From the human T2T-CHM13v2.0 reference genome, Homo sapiens: a DNA stretch of 64,000 bases. Below are positions 1 to 17,141 of the stretch, in pieces; position 1 is the stretch's first letter, and the number at the start of each line of letters is the position of its first letter. Below the pieces are notes generated by a model. The model was not told the origin of the DNA. It worked only from the letters and a program-made list of their open reading frames with translations, and made no database searches. Both the position numbers and the translations under genes were made by a program. The stretch is taken from NCBI RefSeq assembly GCF_009914755.1, contig NC_060929.1; one strand, written 5' to 3'.

Positions 1-82
1 TTGGGATGTTCCAGATACAACAGTAAACTTGGGCTACTCCATCAAGAGCCTAGCAGTCTAAGTTATTCCTGCTGTGGAAAAA

Positions 83-2112
83 TAGGAAGATTTTTGTGAA
101 GCTTAATCTTCAGGGCCCTTTACTTTCTTGACCCTGGGAGGTCTCAGGGAGATGTTCATGTGATGATTTGCAAATTTTCAAATTAATTTATTTTAACTGC
201 AAACAATTAAGACTATCATCCCTTTCCACTCCAACTTCCTCTCCATCATACTTTCCTATGTATTTGGTGATACGGAAGCGGCTATGGGCATTTTGAGATC
301 CAGCTGAGGAAAAGTTGAGATGTAAATTCACTTAACATGGGTTTACTGTGGCTTCCAGAGACTTCTGTATATACATATGTTTTTGTGCATTGCTAATGAT
401 CCTGGTGCAGGAATGGCTGCCAGGAATGACAGAATGATGGTTCATCTGCAGGAAAGTACAAATCCAAAGGTTTTATTTTGGTTTAAGTATAAGAGTAGTG
501 GAGAAATTAGGTTTGAAAATTCAGAGCTAGAAACTAGTCAATGGAAAAATTTCTAATTATCAGACATGTAGAATTGTAATAAGAAGAACTAATTCTCATC
601 AATGACTAATCAAAGCTGAAGTGTTCTGTCATAAACATACTCAATAATACAGCATATACAATTATAAATGAACATTTTTATGGACTAGGGCAAAAAAGAA
701 TTCATGAAAATCTCTGTATTTTTAAGGTGCAAACTTGAAGCAGTACTACAAAAAATACATATAACTGTATGTGAAGTAATAGGTTTTTATAAATTCCAAT
801 GTATTAGGTCAAATCCTCCACGATGCACTGTCCTGATGAAAACCAGAGGTTCCAGATGAAATGACAAGAAAAACCGCTACTAATACAACAAAAACACCCT
901 GAAGAGACAAGTGTTTCTATGACCAATTTCCTACACATAATTTGTTCAATACATGTTGATATGGGAGGGGGGCAGGGAAGTGCTGGGTAGAGAAGGGCGG
1001 GTCCTTGGCTAGGACTCCACCCCCGGGCCTGTACCCACGGACTTAGGTGAGGACAGGCATTTCTGTTTTCGTGCTCAAATGTTGCATTTTCCAAGACCAC
1101 CCTGGCCTGCCACGTCCCCATTCTGTGCCTATAAAACCCCTGAGACCCTAGCAGGCAGAGTCACAAGCAGCTGGACATCGAGAGGAACACACCAGTGAAA
1201 GAGCACACTGACAGGCACCGGCAGATGCCAGGAGGCCACTGACCAGCGGAATGATACAGAATTTGGCTCGGGATGGTCAGAGGAGAACGTGGCTGCTGGG
1301 TGGCCTGACTCCAGGGGAAAGCCACCTTCCCACTCCATCCCGCTTCTGGCCTCCCCATCCACCTCGCCAAGAGCTACTACCACTCAATAAAAACCCTTGT
1401 ACTCACTCTCCAAGCCCATGTGTGATCTGATTTTTCCAGTACACTAAGGCAAGAACCCAGGATATGTAAAGCCCTCTGTCCTTGTGGTAAGGCAGAGGGT
1501 CTAATTGAGCTGACAAACACAAGCCACCTACAGACAGCTAAACTGAAAAAGCACACTGTAACACACACCCACTGGGGCCTCAGGAGCTGTAAACACTCAA
1601 CCTCAGACACTGCTGTACGGTCAGATCCCCACCACCTGCTCTTCTGCACATGCCCCGCTAGAAGTTTGAGCAGCGGGGCACCGAAGAAGCAAGCCACAGC
1701 CCCATCGCACACTCTGTGAGGGGGATAAGGGAACTTTTCCCGTTTCAATGTTATGTACTTAGGTAGCCCATTACGTTGTATGTAATGAACAATTCTAAAA
1801 TATGTTTTTCCCCTCTTTTGTATTTTTTAGCTTCAAATTACTTTTATTTTTTTCTCAAAATTATTGAGCATTCCAAAATTCAAATCCATCAGAAATAAAG
1901 TAACCTGATAGAAGTCAAAAACATAAACGAAAAGAAAATATTTGTGATATTCATTAGCTGTTTTTATTGTAGTTTGTTGTAATTTCTTTTATCATTCTAA
2001 ATAAATATTTGTTTTCAGATTTAATTTTCTACTTGTAATGTTATATTCTTTTTCTTTTAGAGGGTCCTGCCAAATTAAGTTTTAGGCCACACAAAACCTG
2101 GATCTGCCATTG
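83..2112 (-). mobile_element. hAT-Tip100 DNA transposon fossil (Zaphod/MER115-like), split by a solo LTR
   Basis: Reverse complement of ~1930-2112 reads CAATGGCAGATCCAGGTTTTGTGTGGCC...GACCCTCTAAAAGAAAAAGAATA..., like the recalled MER115/Zaphod end. ~85-118 (GATTTTTGTGAAGCTTAATCTTCAGGGCCC) resembles the other end. Boundaries approximate. Confidence 0.6.
957..1747 (+). mobile_element. Solo LTR, LTR1 family (class I ERV)
   Basis: TG...CA termini (TGATATGGGAGG...CCCGTTTCA), exact 4-bp TSD ATGT at 953-956 and 1748-1751, TATAAAA near 1130, AATAAA near 1386, GC-rich relative to flanks. Confidence 0.85.
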
Positions 2113-2989
2113 AATGAAACCAACTCCCAAAACAACCTCCTACTGGAACCTAAAATGATGCTTCCAAGATATATCAAAACAAAATTGGGGCTAAATGGCC
2201 TCCTTTTGGTTTTGCCTTCTATAAAGGATGTATCAAAGTTATGATTCTTCTTCTTCAATATCTTGGGGAGTATTTAGTGAAATATTTCCTTCTGTTTTTA
2301 TTTATAACTTCTCTCTGTTTACCCCAAACGTCCCCATCTTGTATTCAGACACATTGAACCAATTACAATATTGTACTCAAAATTGCTCCTCCCTTTGGCC
2401 AGTTATTTAGTTTTGTGAATCTGATTCTCTCTTCCGTTAGGATAGAATATGGGTGATATTCAGCTAGTATGAACCATTATGATCATGCAGTTGATTAACT
2501 ATAGAAACAATCTTAGTGGATTGCAAATAGCTGCTGTCCTAACACCTTGAGTGGCTCCTCCCACCTCTCCAGTCAATCTGGCCCTTCTTTTTATAAATGT
2601 ATGCATTCCCCTAACCTCTGACCTCAAAACCTTTCTGGTAATGTTTTACTCAGCTAGTCAGCTTTTGCTTTACAAAATTTTGTATTGGCATTGCTGGAAA
2701 TTCTCATGGAATCCTTAGTCTTTTCTAGAAATCTGACTCACTTTATTTTCCTCTAAGATAATTTATTTTTTCTGCCTATATAACTAGCATATATTGTCCT
2801 TGCCCTTGTTCTTCACAATTTGTAATAAAGCACTTTTCCATTCCATCTGAGACCCAAAGTGTTCTTCCCCAAGATCTATATTATATGGCCATATTCTAAT
2901 CTTACAATCATCTTTCTTCTGGAAAGACTATGGTTCTGATTTATAGAATTAACTAATTTGCTCATGTCTCTTTACCTTCTTTCCTGACT

Positions 2990-3435
2990 AACTATCCTGA
3001 AACACATTTGCCAATTGGCTATCCACCAACATTTAAACCTCCCCTGGCAGAGAATTGTATTATTGCTGGGCAATATTTCCCATCCCTTTTTGCATCTCAG
3101 TGAGGCTGTATGGTTACTTCTTGTCAATGTAATATCAACAGGAGTGGTAAGTATGACTTCTGGGACAACTGGCATAAGGTACACCTTCTCCATGATCTTT
3201 TACCTCCTTTCACTAGCTGAATCAGAAAACTCTGAGGTCCTTACTGACCTCTTACTGATGGTAGAGTCACCCCATGGAAGGAGCCTTGCTCTCTGAACCA
3301 TTACGTAGAGGAAAAACTCATGCCTACCTGAAATACCTGCAATGGATTGTTACAAGGAGGAAAAGTAAATTTCTATTGTGTTAAGCCCTGAAATGTAAGA
3401 GTTTACTTGTAATAGCTACTAACTTTATCTAAATT
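2990..3435 (+). mobile_element. Old MaLR LTR (MLT1H/I/J-like)
   Basis: 3' motif ...AAATTTCTATTGTGTTAAGCCCTGAAAT...TTACTTGTAATAGC and internal GATGGTAGAG...GGAAGGAGCCT, typical of old MLT1. Highly diverged, boundaries approximate. Confidence 0.55.
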
Positions 3436-6400
3436 CATTGTTGAGGCTTTTCTAACTTTTACCTTTTGTTCTAGCCAATATTTGGGCAGGTTTCATTAAC
3501 AGTCGTGTGTCATGGATGCTGGACATAATTACCTCAACAGCCTTACATCTAGTCCTAGACAATTTTCATCTCTTATTTGGAGACCTTTATTCTATTTTAT
3601 CTTATTTCAAGCTATATTTCCAATGTCAGATTATTTTAAGGATAGAAGGACTTGACATTTCAAATATCGATGACCAATCAAGTCCTTTCTGCTTTTAATT
3701 TTTTATTTCGTCACCTGTTTCACTTATTCTTCAAGGGATGGCTGCCATCAATGATCCCATACCAGGAGAGTGATTTTTTTACCATATTAAAACACCTTCA
3801 AACCACAGTAGTAACAACAGACTTAATTTTCATTAAGAGCCAAAGAGAGTCTCTCCCTTGCCTTTAGTAATTTGAATATTTGGCAGTAACTCAGCTGTTT
3901 AGATATTCAGCATAGCCCTTTTTCTTCTAATGGTTATAGGAAGCTATGATTAATGCCCCAAAGGTATTAACACTACACTTTTTCCTTTCTGCAAACCAGT
4001 CCAATCCAGATATGTGAGACAGAAGAGGACTGCCTGGACAGGTTAATCACCAAAAAGATTACCTTCACCTACATAAGTCATAGAGCAAAGTGTAATACTG
4101 GCTTCATCTCTCAGGCATGGCCATGTTCCAATACCTTACTCTTGGAAATCTGGCCTCACCATTTGATATCAAACTTGGTGTACAGGTGGTGCTAATGGAA
4201 TTTTCCTATCAGCCAACTGTGCCTTTAAGGGAGACAGGATTGATGTGAGATCTTACAAGCTTTCATTATCATCCAGTGCTTGTGTCACATAGCTGCCCTT
4301 CCCTACTTCTCAGCCCTCCAAAAGGCACAATGTCTTCCATCAGGCAAAAGTGACACCACAACATTCATTATAGGAAGTAAGAGACATTCATCACTGGAAT
4401 ATTTTAGCAAATGAATCACAACAGACTGATAGCATAACTCATGTTCTAAGGCCAAGAACAAGAATTGCATAGTTTATTTTAAGACAGCAGAAGAGTAAAA
4501 AACAGATTGAAAAACATATGATACCCTCTCCAGCTCAGAGCTCTACAAACAGCAGTGGCGTTTGCAAAGTTCTATGTATCTTCTCAAATGTGGTTTCAGT
4601 TTTAATGTGTGTTGACATCTTTGTGTGCAGAACTAACTGGAGGAACAACAGTTTGTGCTTTTTTTCCCTTCTTGCTACAAGGGTGAGAACAGGGAAAGAA
4701 CCAAACGATCTGTGTTTACTTTGAGCAGCCATACACCATGCATGGACACTAAGGTATGGTTTTCCTTCAATTATTCCAAATTAGTATAATGAAAACATGC
4801 TTATCCCTCGAGCCATTAGATGCGTATAATGCAGAAGAGATGCAGTAATGGAGTTGCCTTATATGCTCCTCTGAAGCAGAAGCAAGTGAAAGAGACAAGT
4901 AAGATGATTAGAAAAACTTTGACTTTCTAAAACAAATAAGCAGTAAATGAACTGATTGAGTGCAAAACTTCACAGAACCACACAAAGAACTGGAGCTTCA
5001 AACTGTAACTTTAAAAATAGTAGGGTGAAAAATTAAGGGGCTCTAACATGAAACAAATTTAGGAAGAAAGAGAAAGCAACAGCATGCCAAGAACTATACT
5101 GATTAGGAAGTAGGCAATTTAATTTCTTCAGGAGAGTAAATCTCCAACATGAATTAATTTGCTTCACGCTGAGTCCTGCTGGTTTTTCTTCTTCCCTCAA
5201 TCACTGTTTATTTCACAAAATCAGCACTCACCTATCTTCTTTGATTATTTAATTTCAGGAGGATTTTCCTTTCACAAAACAGTTAGCACAGTTAAACCCG
5301 GCTCTCCATGTAATGTGTAAACATATTACAATGCCCTCCCTAAGTGTGAGGATTATTTATTTCCTCTTGGAGACAACATTGTTTCAATGCTCTACTTCCC
5401 CTCCAGTACAATCTCTCAGTGACAATCCTGAATCTACTTCCCACTGTGTGCATCTTTCATTGACATTTACCAAATGCACAGGCTCTGATACAAAATCAGG
5501 AATGCAGTATTCAAACCATGACATAAACTCCTATTTTTAAAGGAGAGGTGGGTCATGGGCTATGGCTGATGGAACTAGTAAATAATGCACAAAATGGCAT
5601 TTTAAAATGAAAACTGGTATGGATTTCTTCATTACTAACATCTCTATGGATGTCTAAGCTCTTCTGAGTTTTCATTGTATGCATATGGGTCAGCATAAAA
5701 ATGAAGGTTTATTAGGATTCAAGGCCATGACATTTTAAAAAATGAGGCTGGTATCTCAATGGATATCTCTGGGCAGAATATTTAAATAAAGATAATTTGA
5801 AATGTGGTACAAACATTTTGAAATAAACAACTAAAGATCCTCTAAAAACGGCCACATTGTTTTTCGCTTTGCTTCAAGGACAAGCATGATGCATATAACC
5901 TTTTCCTTTTATCTTTCTTTCAGCTTCTTACTGCTTCTGATTAGTGACCTCAATTGAGACTCATTGCTCATTGCAAAGACTGCTAATGGATTGTTTGAGC
6001 CTGAATGTGTTAGGATGGAATATTTCTTCTTCTCAGATTCAAGGCCAGTTTTTTTCCACCCCAAGTCCATTCTACCCAGAGTTCTAGATGATGATGGTCA
6101 GGTTATTCAAGATAATGATTATGTTTTCTAGATGATTTAAAATGAAGTTCAACTTTTATTATCTTCCCTATAATGATATTTGTAGTCTTTATGTTCAATA
6201 ACAAGCTGTCAGGCTGCCTCAGTTTAAGCCAAGGCATTTTCTTATCAAAACCCATCACAGAAAAAGATACAATCATGAAACCACAGATTCTTGTAGCTCT
6301 TCACAGTAAACTTTAACTATGAATAACCTCTTGGATTATTAGCCGATTGTGATTACATTTATATTATTTGCTCACATGCTTTGTCACTTTAGAGCCCTGA

Positions 6401-7149
6401 AAACCCTGTTCATTGTTGCTAGGAGATGGGTGGCTATGGCAACAGTGTGGGTCAGAGCCAGATGGAATGCCTAAAGCATAATCAGGTTTAGGCTTTTTTT
6501 TGATCTCCAAATGACTCCATGGCAGTCCTGAGCACGGAAGCCCCAAATCACTGCCTCTTCAGCTTGTTTCAAAAGGTATGCCACATGGTTTCTCCTCACA
6601 CATCAGCTCTCCCCATTAACAAGTGTCTTTCTGGTGCTTAACTAGACACCAAGAGTTGTCTGAAAAAGAAAAAAGCTGGATAACAAGGGGGATTATCACT
6701 ATTTAACTGTGTTTTCATACTGTTATTAATTTAGTTCAGATCTAGTGCCATATGCTTCTCTTCATCATTCCACTGAACTCCTAGTGACTTTCATGGAAGT
6801 TCCACACAAAGAATGAGGGCGACATATGGTTCTAATAGTGGTTTGTTCATTCCTCTAAGATTGATGGGTATTTTAAAGACATTAATCATTATATTTAAGA
6901 CACCCTTTAATTTCTTCAGAAGGCCGGATCTTCACTGATTTATAGGAGTCCTTACCACACAGCCATACCTATTTTGCTTTTCTTTTAAAACTTGGCATCA
7001 AGAGAAAAATATTGACATGTTCCTCTTATAATAAAGTAAAAATGTAACAAATTAAAGTTATAAATAATGGTAGGAATTTATCTATTATTCTAAAAATAAC
7101 TTGTTTATTGGACCACAAAAGTCCTAAGCAATTTATTCATCATTTTCAT

Positions 7150-8290
7150 TGTGTCTTTCTTCCTCAAGAAATTCCCCCTCTTACCTACAACAAATCCACA
7201 CTCTGGGCCTCGTCTTCTTCCACCTGGACCCCATCAATCCAGCCAGCATAATTTATTCCCCTATACAAATCTTTCCTCTGATCAGATCAGAAGAATTATC
7301 TCATTACCTCTCCCTTCCTAGTCTCACCCCTTGCAACTATTCCCTCACACAGATTATCTCTATTTCTGTATCTTTGCTCCTGCCATGTCCTAAAATGCCT
7401 TTTTCCATCTTGAATACTCATATTTGTTCAAATATTTATCAGGTACCCTCTAGGTACCTGGCCCCTGTGCTAGGTGCTAGTATCTAAAAAGAGCATAATG
7501 AGAGCTCCACACTATCTAACAAGGGTAACGGGATTCATAAAATTTAACAATGGATGTTGTTTTTGAAGTCACTTCTTTACTACATGCAAGACTCATTTAG
7601 ACACTATTCCTTATTTAGTGCTCATAATAACCCTATGTCGTTATTATCATTCACAACCAACAGATGAAGGTACTCAGGCTCAAGAGTGTAAAGGATTTGC
7701 CCAAGGTCAAAGGGCCCAGTAGCAGCAAAATGAGATTGGAACCGAGGTCTGTCTTACTTCAAAAATGATACCAATTACTCCATTGTTGATGAGATATTTC
7801 AATAATGTAAATGTGTATTATTCCAGGCTAGAAGCCACTAAGGGAGACAGTGATCAGCTCCATTTGGGAGGGTCAGGGAGGAGTTCCTAGGGACAAGGAT
7901 GAAGTTAACTTATAAATAAGGAGTTTGACAGTGAACATAGTAGAAAAAGGACGTTTTAGGACAGGAGATAAATGATAAACTTAGAACTTAAAGCCCTTTT
8001 TAGCTTCTTTTGATATCAATCCTCTCCGTTCTCCCATTTTCCTTTCTCAAAGTGCAAGTCAATACCTACCACTTCCATAATGCTGCTAATCTGCGTGTTA
8101 ACCCTTGTTCATCTCTTTCTCTTCTAAACCCTGATGCCACTTGTTTTGCAGCAGCTCCTTACACCTTTATCAGATACTGTCTTGTGCTGCTCTCAGTTTT
8201 CCGGACCATACAAACGTGGAGGGCAACGGTCACACCTTTGATCTATTTTGTATCTTCCAAAGCTGTGTCAGAAACATAGTAGATGATCCA
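7150..8290. mobile_element. Cluster of L2 fragments with a MIR (~7560-7770, minus)
   Basis: L2-tail-like TTCAAATATTTATCAGG...TGTGCTAGGTGCT at ~7425-7480; MIR core ACAGATGAAGGTACTCAGGCTCAAG...TTGCCCAAGGTCA at ~7660-7710. Confidence 0.55.
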
Positions 8291-9544
8291 TGCATGCCAC
8301 TTCTTGGCCATAACTCTTCACATCTGTGTTTGGCTTTATAGTTTGTAAATTCTTTCATTTATGTAGTCTTCTTAGATCCTCAAGATAACTCAGTGAAGTA
8401 TGCTTGCTTGCTGTTTTTAATCTCAACTTAACAGATTTAAGGAAATGGTAATTGAATAGGTAATTGCAAAACCCAGGGTCACCCAGGTGATAAATGATAC
8501 ATCCAGGAAAAGAATGTGTTCTCTCCCCTATGCAAATGATTGATAGGTGGATTGACTTCCATGCTTTAGCAGATGTGTCAAATTTCACATCCGCATTAAC
8601 ACTTCTAATCCTGTAACGTAATTCTGTCTTTTTATAGATGTCAAACTGGTTTTATCTCAGAAAAGGGAACTGCAAAATACTTTACTTATGCTATCAAACC
8701 ATTTTGATAGTTGAACCTTGAGCAAAAAAACAGATTTTTGAAATTGTGTGTAGAGTAGCATAGTGGCTAGTCTCATTCACATGAGATTCCTGGAAGAACC
8801 AGATTAACAAGCTTCGTACTGACTGTAAACAGCAGGTGAGTATTTCTCAGCCATCTGCTGACTTATCCAGTTGAGAGCCCTTGAGAAAGTCACTAACATG
8901 ATCATGAATGGCATGAATGGTCCTGTGCATTAATCAAAGACTGCAGAGAAGTAACCAAATTAGGCTCTCCCTACTGAAAGCTGGGTGCACTGCCAAAGCC
9001 CAGAGGGAGGGTACAATATAGGATAAAATGTCTCCTTTATTCAATGCAAAACTTGCTTTTCCTAAAACGAAAATGACTCTCAGCTAGTGGCCCTAAGACT
9101 ATCCACTAGCTGTAGTGTGTGTTCACAAACACACTTCCTGAGTGAAGGCAGGAGTCCTAAGTAAGACCTTTACAGGGTCTTCTTGGCAAAACACTGTTTT
9201 ATACCATTAGAAGTGAAACCTGAAATTTCCTTGACATCTTTAAATAGTAAGCCAGCAGGTAAACATGTTATAAAGCATTCCCTGAGTCTCAGAGGGCTTC
9301 TTGGATCTTCCATCTAGCCTTCTCTTCTGCCCCTGACCCAGAGACAATTCTCCAACACTGACCACTGGGACAGAATTCAAAGGAGGTATATAAGTTCCAC
9401 TTACTGGTGATTTTGTTTAGCAGTGTGTCTGCATTTAACACTTTCTGCCCCCATTCCCTTCCTTCTCTGTTCACATTATTCTGCACCTGCTGTTCTATCT
9501 AGCCAATATATCAATTTCAGAGGAGGAATTTGTTGTGGACATTC

Positions 9545-9841
9545 TTTTTTTTTTTTTTTTTAGACTGAGTCTCACACTGTCACCCGGGCTGGAGTGCAGT
9601 AGTGTGATCTTGGTTCACTGCAACCACCGCCTCCCAGGTTCAAGCAATTCTTCTGCCTCAGCTTCCTGAGTAGCTGGGATTACAGGAGCCAGCCACCACA
9701 CCCAGGTAATTTTTTGTATTTTTAGTAGAGATGGGGTTTCACTATGTTGACCAGGCTGGTCTCGAACTCCTGACCTCGTGATTCACCTGCTTCGGCCTCC
9801 CAAAGTGCTGGGATTACAGGCGTGAGCCACCATGCCCAGCC
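9545..9841 (-). mobile_element. Alu (AluS, Sg-like)
   Basis: PolyT followed by a full reverse-strand Alu dimer; CCAGGCTGGTCTCGAACTCCTGACCTCGTGA signature. No clear TSD. Confidence 0.95.
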
Positions 9842-10600
9842 CAGGCCTTTTGTTTTAATCTCCCTACAGCCCCCTCTCCAGAATCTTGGTGCACTACTTT
9901 ATGTATAATATATGTTTATAATATTACATAAATAATATTCACTAAAGGTAAGACTGTATTTAATTGAGGGGAAAGAAAAATAAAATTAATTAAAATTGGT
10001 TTTTAAAAGTATGAAAAATATCCAAACTCACTAGTAGACGACAAAAAAAGTCGTCTTCTTTTATAGTAGACAAAAAAGTTATATACAACTTTTCCCCTAC
10101 ATACTTGGCAAAGATTTTTAAATTTCTTTTTTCCTTCTTTTTAAATTTATTTTTTATTTTGTAATGTGACTTCTCAGTAGTACATGCAAGAGTACCATGA
10201 CCCAGGACTGCAAAAGTCACTTTATAAGTAAATTGCCAGAAGTTATTCAATCTTGATCAAATTCTTAACGGCATGCTCTTCTTGGTTTCATCACCAGATA
10301 CCTGCCCCAGAAATCTCACATCTTATCCTGGACTTTGTCACAACAGCTTTCTAATTTTCACCTGTTCCAGTCTCTTTTGATTCTGGTGGTGATTTATTCC
10401 TCTCTACTGGAGTTCTCAGCCATCTAGTCCATACAAACTGCACCAAAACACAAGAGAGATCAGAGCCCCGCTTTGTACATGGCCCGCTCCCCCGTCCATT
10501 CCAGTTTCCTGCCCTCTACTGGCCATGACGGTCATCACAGTGCCCTCCTCATTCCTAACTTTTAAATACACTTGAGACCGCCTGATTAATCTTGCACTAA

Positions 10601-10640
10601 GAAAAACAAAACAAAACAAACAAAAAACAAAAACAAAACA
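10601..10640 (+). repeat. Imperfect (AAAAC)n microsatellite
   Basis: gaaaaacaaaacaaaacaaacaaaaaacaaaaacaaaaca. Confidence 0.85.
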
Positions 10641-11328
10641 CTCACATACAATGTTTTTAATGCTTGAAAAGTACCGGAACAATTATTTTTTCAACCAATG
10701 TAACCCAGGTGTGGGATATTTTGGGGATGGGGGTGGCAGGGAGAGGAGGGGTGAAAATCCTCCTGTATCCGCAAATAAGTTATTGGCAGAAAGGCATTAA
10801 CGTGACTTACAAAGACTTCAATTAGTTCTCAAAATACCTCTTTCTTACACTGCCTTCTCTGCAATTTTTTTTCAATGAAGAATACATTGTGTTCTTCCTT
10901 GGAAGGCCACGGAAGCAAGAAATGAGATGAAAGCCGCACACGTAGTGTGCATCCATGTTACCTTGGAAATTATTGAATGTGCTTCTCCCCGAGTTTCCTT
11001 TCCTTTGAGTTTCAAGTTGTTATAAATGTTACTTTCCATAGACTACTAAGGATCTCTTTAAAGTGACCTGTCCATTTTCAAATCATCAAACCTATTTTTT
11101 AAAGATGGCAGGAATATTTTGTCACAGCATTTAAAAATACATCTTAATAGAACTATTACAGTAGCGTGCATGGCTGAGTTTTCTAAATTGCATTCTGCAA
11201 GTCTCATTTTTATTTATGTCAAATTGAAAATACAAATTGTAAATACAAATGAAACTTCTGTGGTCTGAATGTTTGTGTCTTTCCAACACTCTTAAGTTGA
11301 AATTCTAACCCCCAAAAAAACTTACCAC

Positions 11329-12228
11329 GGGAGGAGACAAGATGGCCGAATAGGAACAGCTCCGGTCTACAGCTCCCAGCGTGAGCGACGCAGAAGACTG
11401 GTGATTTCTGCATTTCCATCTGAGGTACCGGGTTCATCTCACTAGGGAGTGCCAGACAGTGGGCGCAGGTCAGTGCGTGCGCGCACCATGCGCGAGTCGA
11501 AGCAGGGCGAGGCATTGCCTCACTCGGGAAGCGCAAGGGGTCAGGGAGTTCCCTTTCCGAGTCAAAGAAAGGGGTGATGGACGGCACCTGGAAAGTCGGG
11601 TCACTCCCACCCGAATACTGCGCTTTTCTGATGGGCTTAAAAAACGGCGCACCACGAGATTATATCCTACACCTGGCTCGGAGGGTCCTACACCCACGGA
11701 GTCTCGCTGATTGCTAGCACAGCAGTCTGAGATCAAACTGCAAGCGGCAGCTAGGCTGGGGGAGGGGCGCCCGCCATTGCCCAGGCTTGCTTAGGTAAAC
11801 AAAGCAGCAGGGAAGCTCCAACTGGGTGGAGCCCACCACAGCTCAAGGAGGCCTGCCTGCCTCTGTAGGCTCCACCTCTGGGGGCAGGGCACAGACAAAC
11901 AAAAAGCAGTAACCTCTACAGACTTAAATGTCCCTGTCTGACAGCTTTGAAGAGAGCAGTGGTTCTCCCAGCACGCAGCTGGAGATCTGAGAACCTGCAG
12001 ACTGCCTCCTCAAGTGGGTCCCTGACCCCTGACCCCTGAGCAGCCTAACTGGGAGGCACCCCCCAGCAGGGGCACACTGACACCTCACACGGCAGGGTAT
12101 TCCAACAGACCTGCAGCTGAGGGTCATGTCTGTTAGAAGGAAAATTAACAAACAGAAAGGACATCCACACCAAAAACCCATTTGTACATCACCATCATCA
12201 AAGACCAAAAGTAGATAAAACCACAAAG
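11329..12228 (+). promoter_or_regulatory. L1 5'UTR with sense and antisense promoters; intact YY1 motif; many CpGs retained
   Basis: CAAGATGGCCG at 11338-11348; locally CpG-rich; lacks the ~129-bp segment present in the L1PA4 copy. Confidence 0.85.
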
Positions 12229-13244
12229 ATGGGGAAAAAACAGAACAGAAAAACTGGAAACTCTAGAAAGCAGAGCGCCTCTCCTCCTCCAAAGGAACGC
12301 AGTTCCTCACCAGCAACGGAACAAAGCTGGATGGAGAATGACTTTGACGAGCTGAGAGAAGAAGGCTTCAGACGATCAAATTACTCTGAGCTACGGGAGG
12401 ACATTCAAACCAAAGGCAAAGAAGTTGAAAACTTTGAAAAAAATTTAGAAGAATGTACAACTAGAATAACCAATACAGAGAAGTGCTTAAAGGAGCTGAT
12501 GGAGCTGAAAACCAAGGCTTGAGAACTACGTGAAGAATGCAGAAGCCTCAGGAGCCGATGCGATCAACTGGAAGAAAGGGTATCAGCGATGGAAGATGAA
12601 ATGAATGAAATGAAGAGAGAAGGGAAGTTTAGAGAAAAAAGAATAAAAGAAATGAGCAAAGCCTCCAAGAAATATGGGACTATGTGAAAAGACCAAATCT
12701 ACGTCTGATTGGTGTACCTGAAAGTGATGGGGAGAATGGAACCAAGTTGGAAAACACTCTGCAGGATATTATCCAGGAGAACTTCCCCAATCTAGCAAGG
12801 CAGGCCAACGTTCAGATTCAGGAAATACAGAGAACGCCACAAAGTTACTCCTTGAGAAGAGCAACTCCAAGACACATAATTGTCAGATTCACCAAAGTTG
12901 AAATGAAGGAAAAAATGTTAAGGGCAGCCAGAGAGAAAGGTCGGGTTACCCTCAAAGGGAAGTGCATCAGACTAACAGCGGTTCTCTCGGCAGAAACCCT
13001 ACAAGCCAGAAGAGAGTGAGGGCCAATATTCAACATTCTTAAAGACAAGAATTTTCAACCCAGAATTTCATATCCAGCCAAACTAAGCTTCATAAGCGAA
13101 GGAAAAATACAATCCTTTACAGACAAGCAAATGCTGAGAGATTTTGTCACCACCAGGCCTGCCCTAAAAGAGCTCCTGAAGGAAGCACTAAACATGGAAA
13201 GGAACAACTGGTACCAGCCACTGCAAAATCATGCCAAAATGTAA
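12229..13244 (+). pseudogene. ORF1: L1 ORF1p pseudogene
   Basis: Begins MGKKQNRKTGNS; TGA at 12520-12522 (CGA>TGA), 1-nt deletion in an A run near 12645, TGA at 13017-13019; normal stop TAA at 13242-13244. Confidence 0.95.
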
Positions 13245-13280
13245 AGACCATCAAGACTAGGAAGAAACTGCATCAACTAA

Positions 13281-17141
<3,861 letters not shown>

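Noticed and set aside
10440-10640. Orphan retrocopy ending in the (AAAAC)n tract
   Set aside because: No TSD, polyA signal or recognisable source sequence found; treated as a simple repeat.
11470-11736. ORF0-like 88-aa ORF in the L1PA2
   Set aside because: It starts at a non-ATG codon; the true ATG at 11777 is followed by TAG at codon 9.
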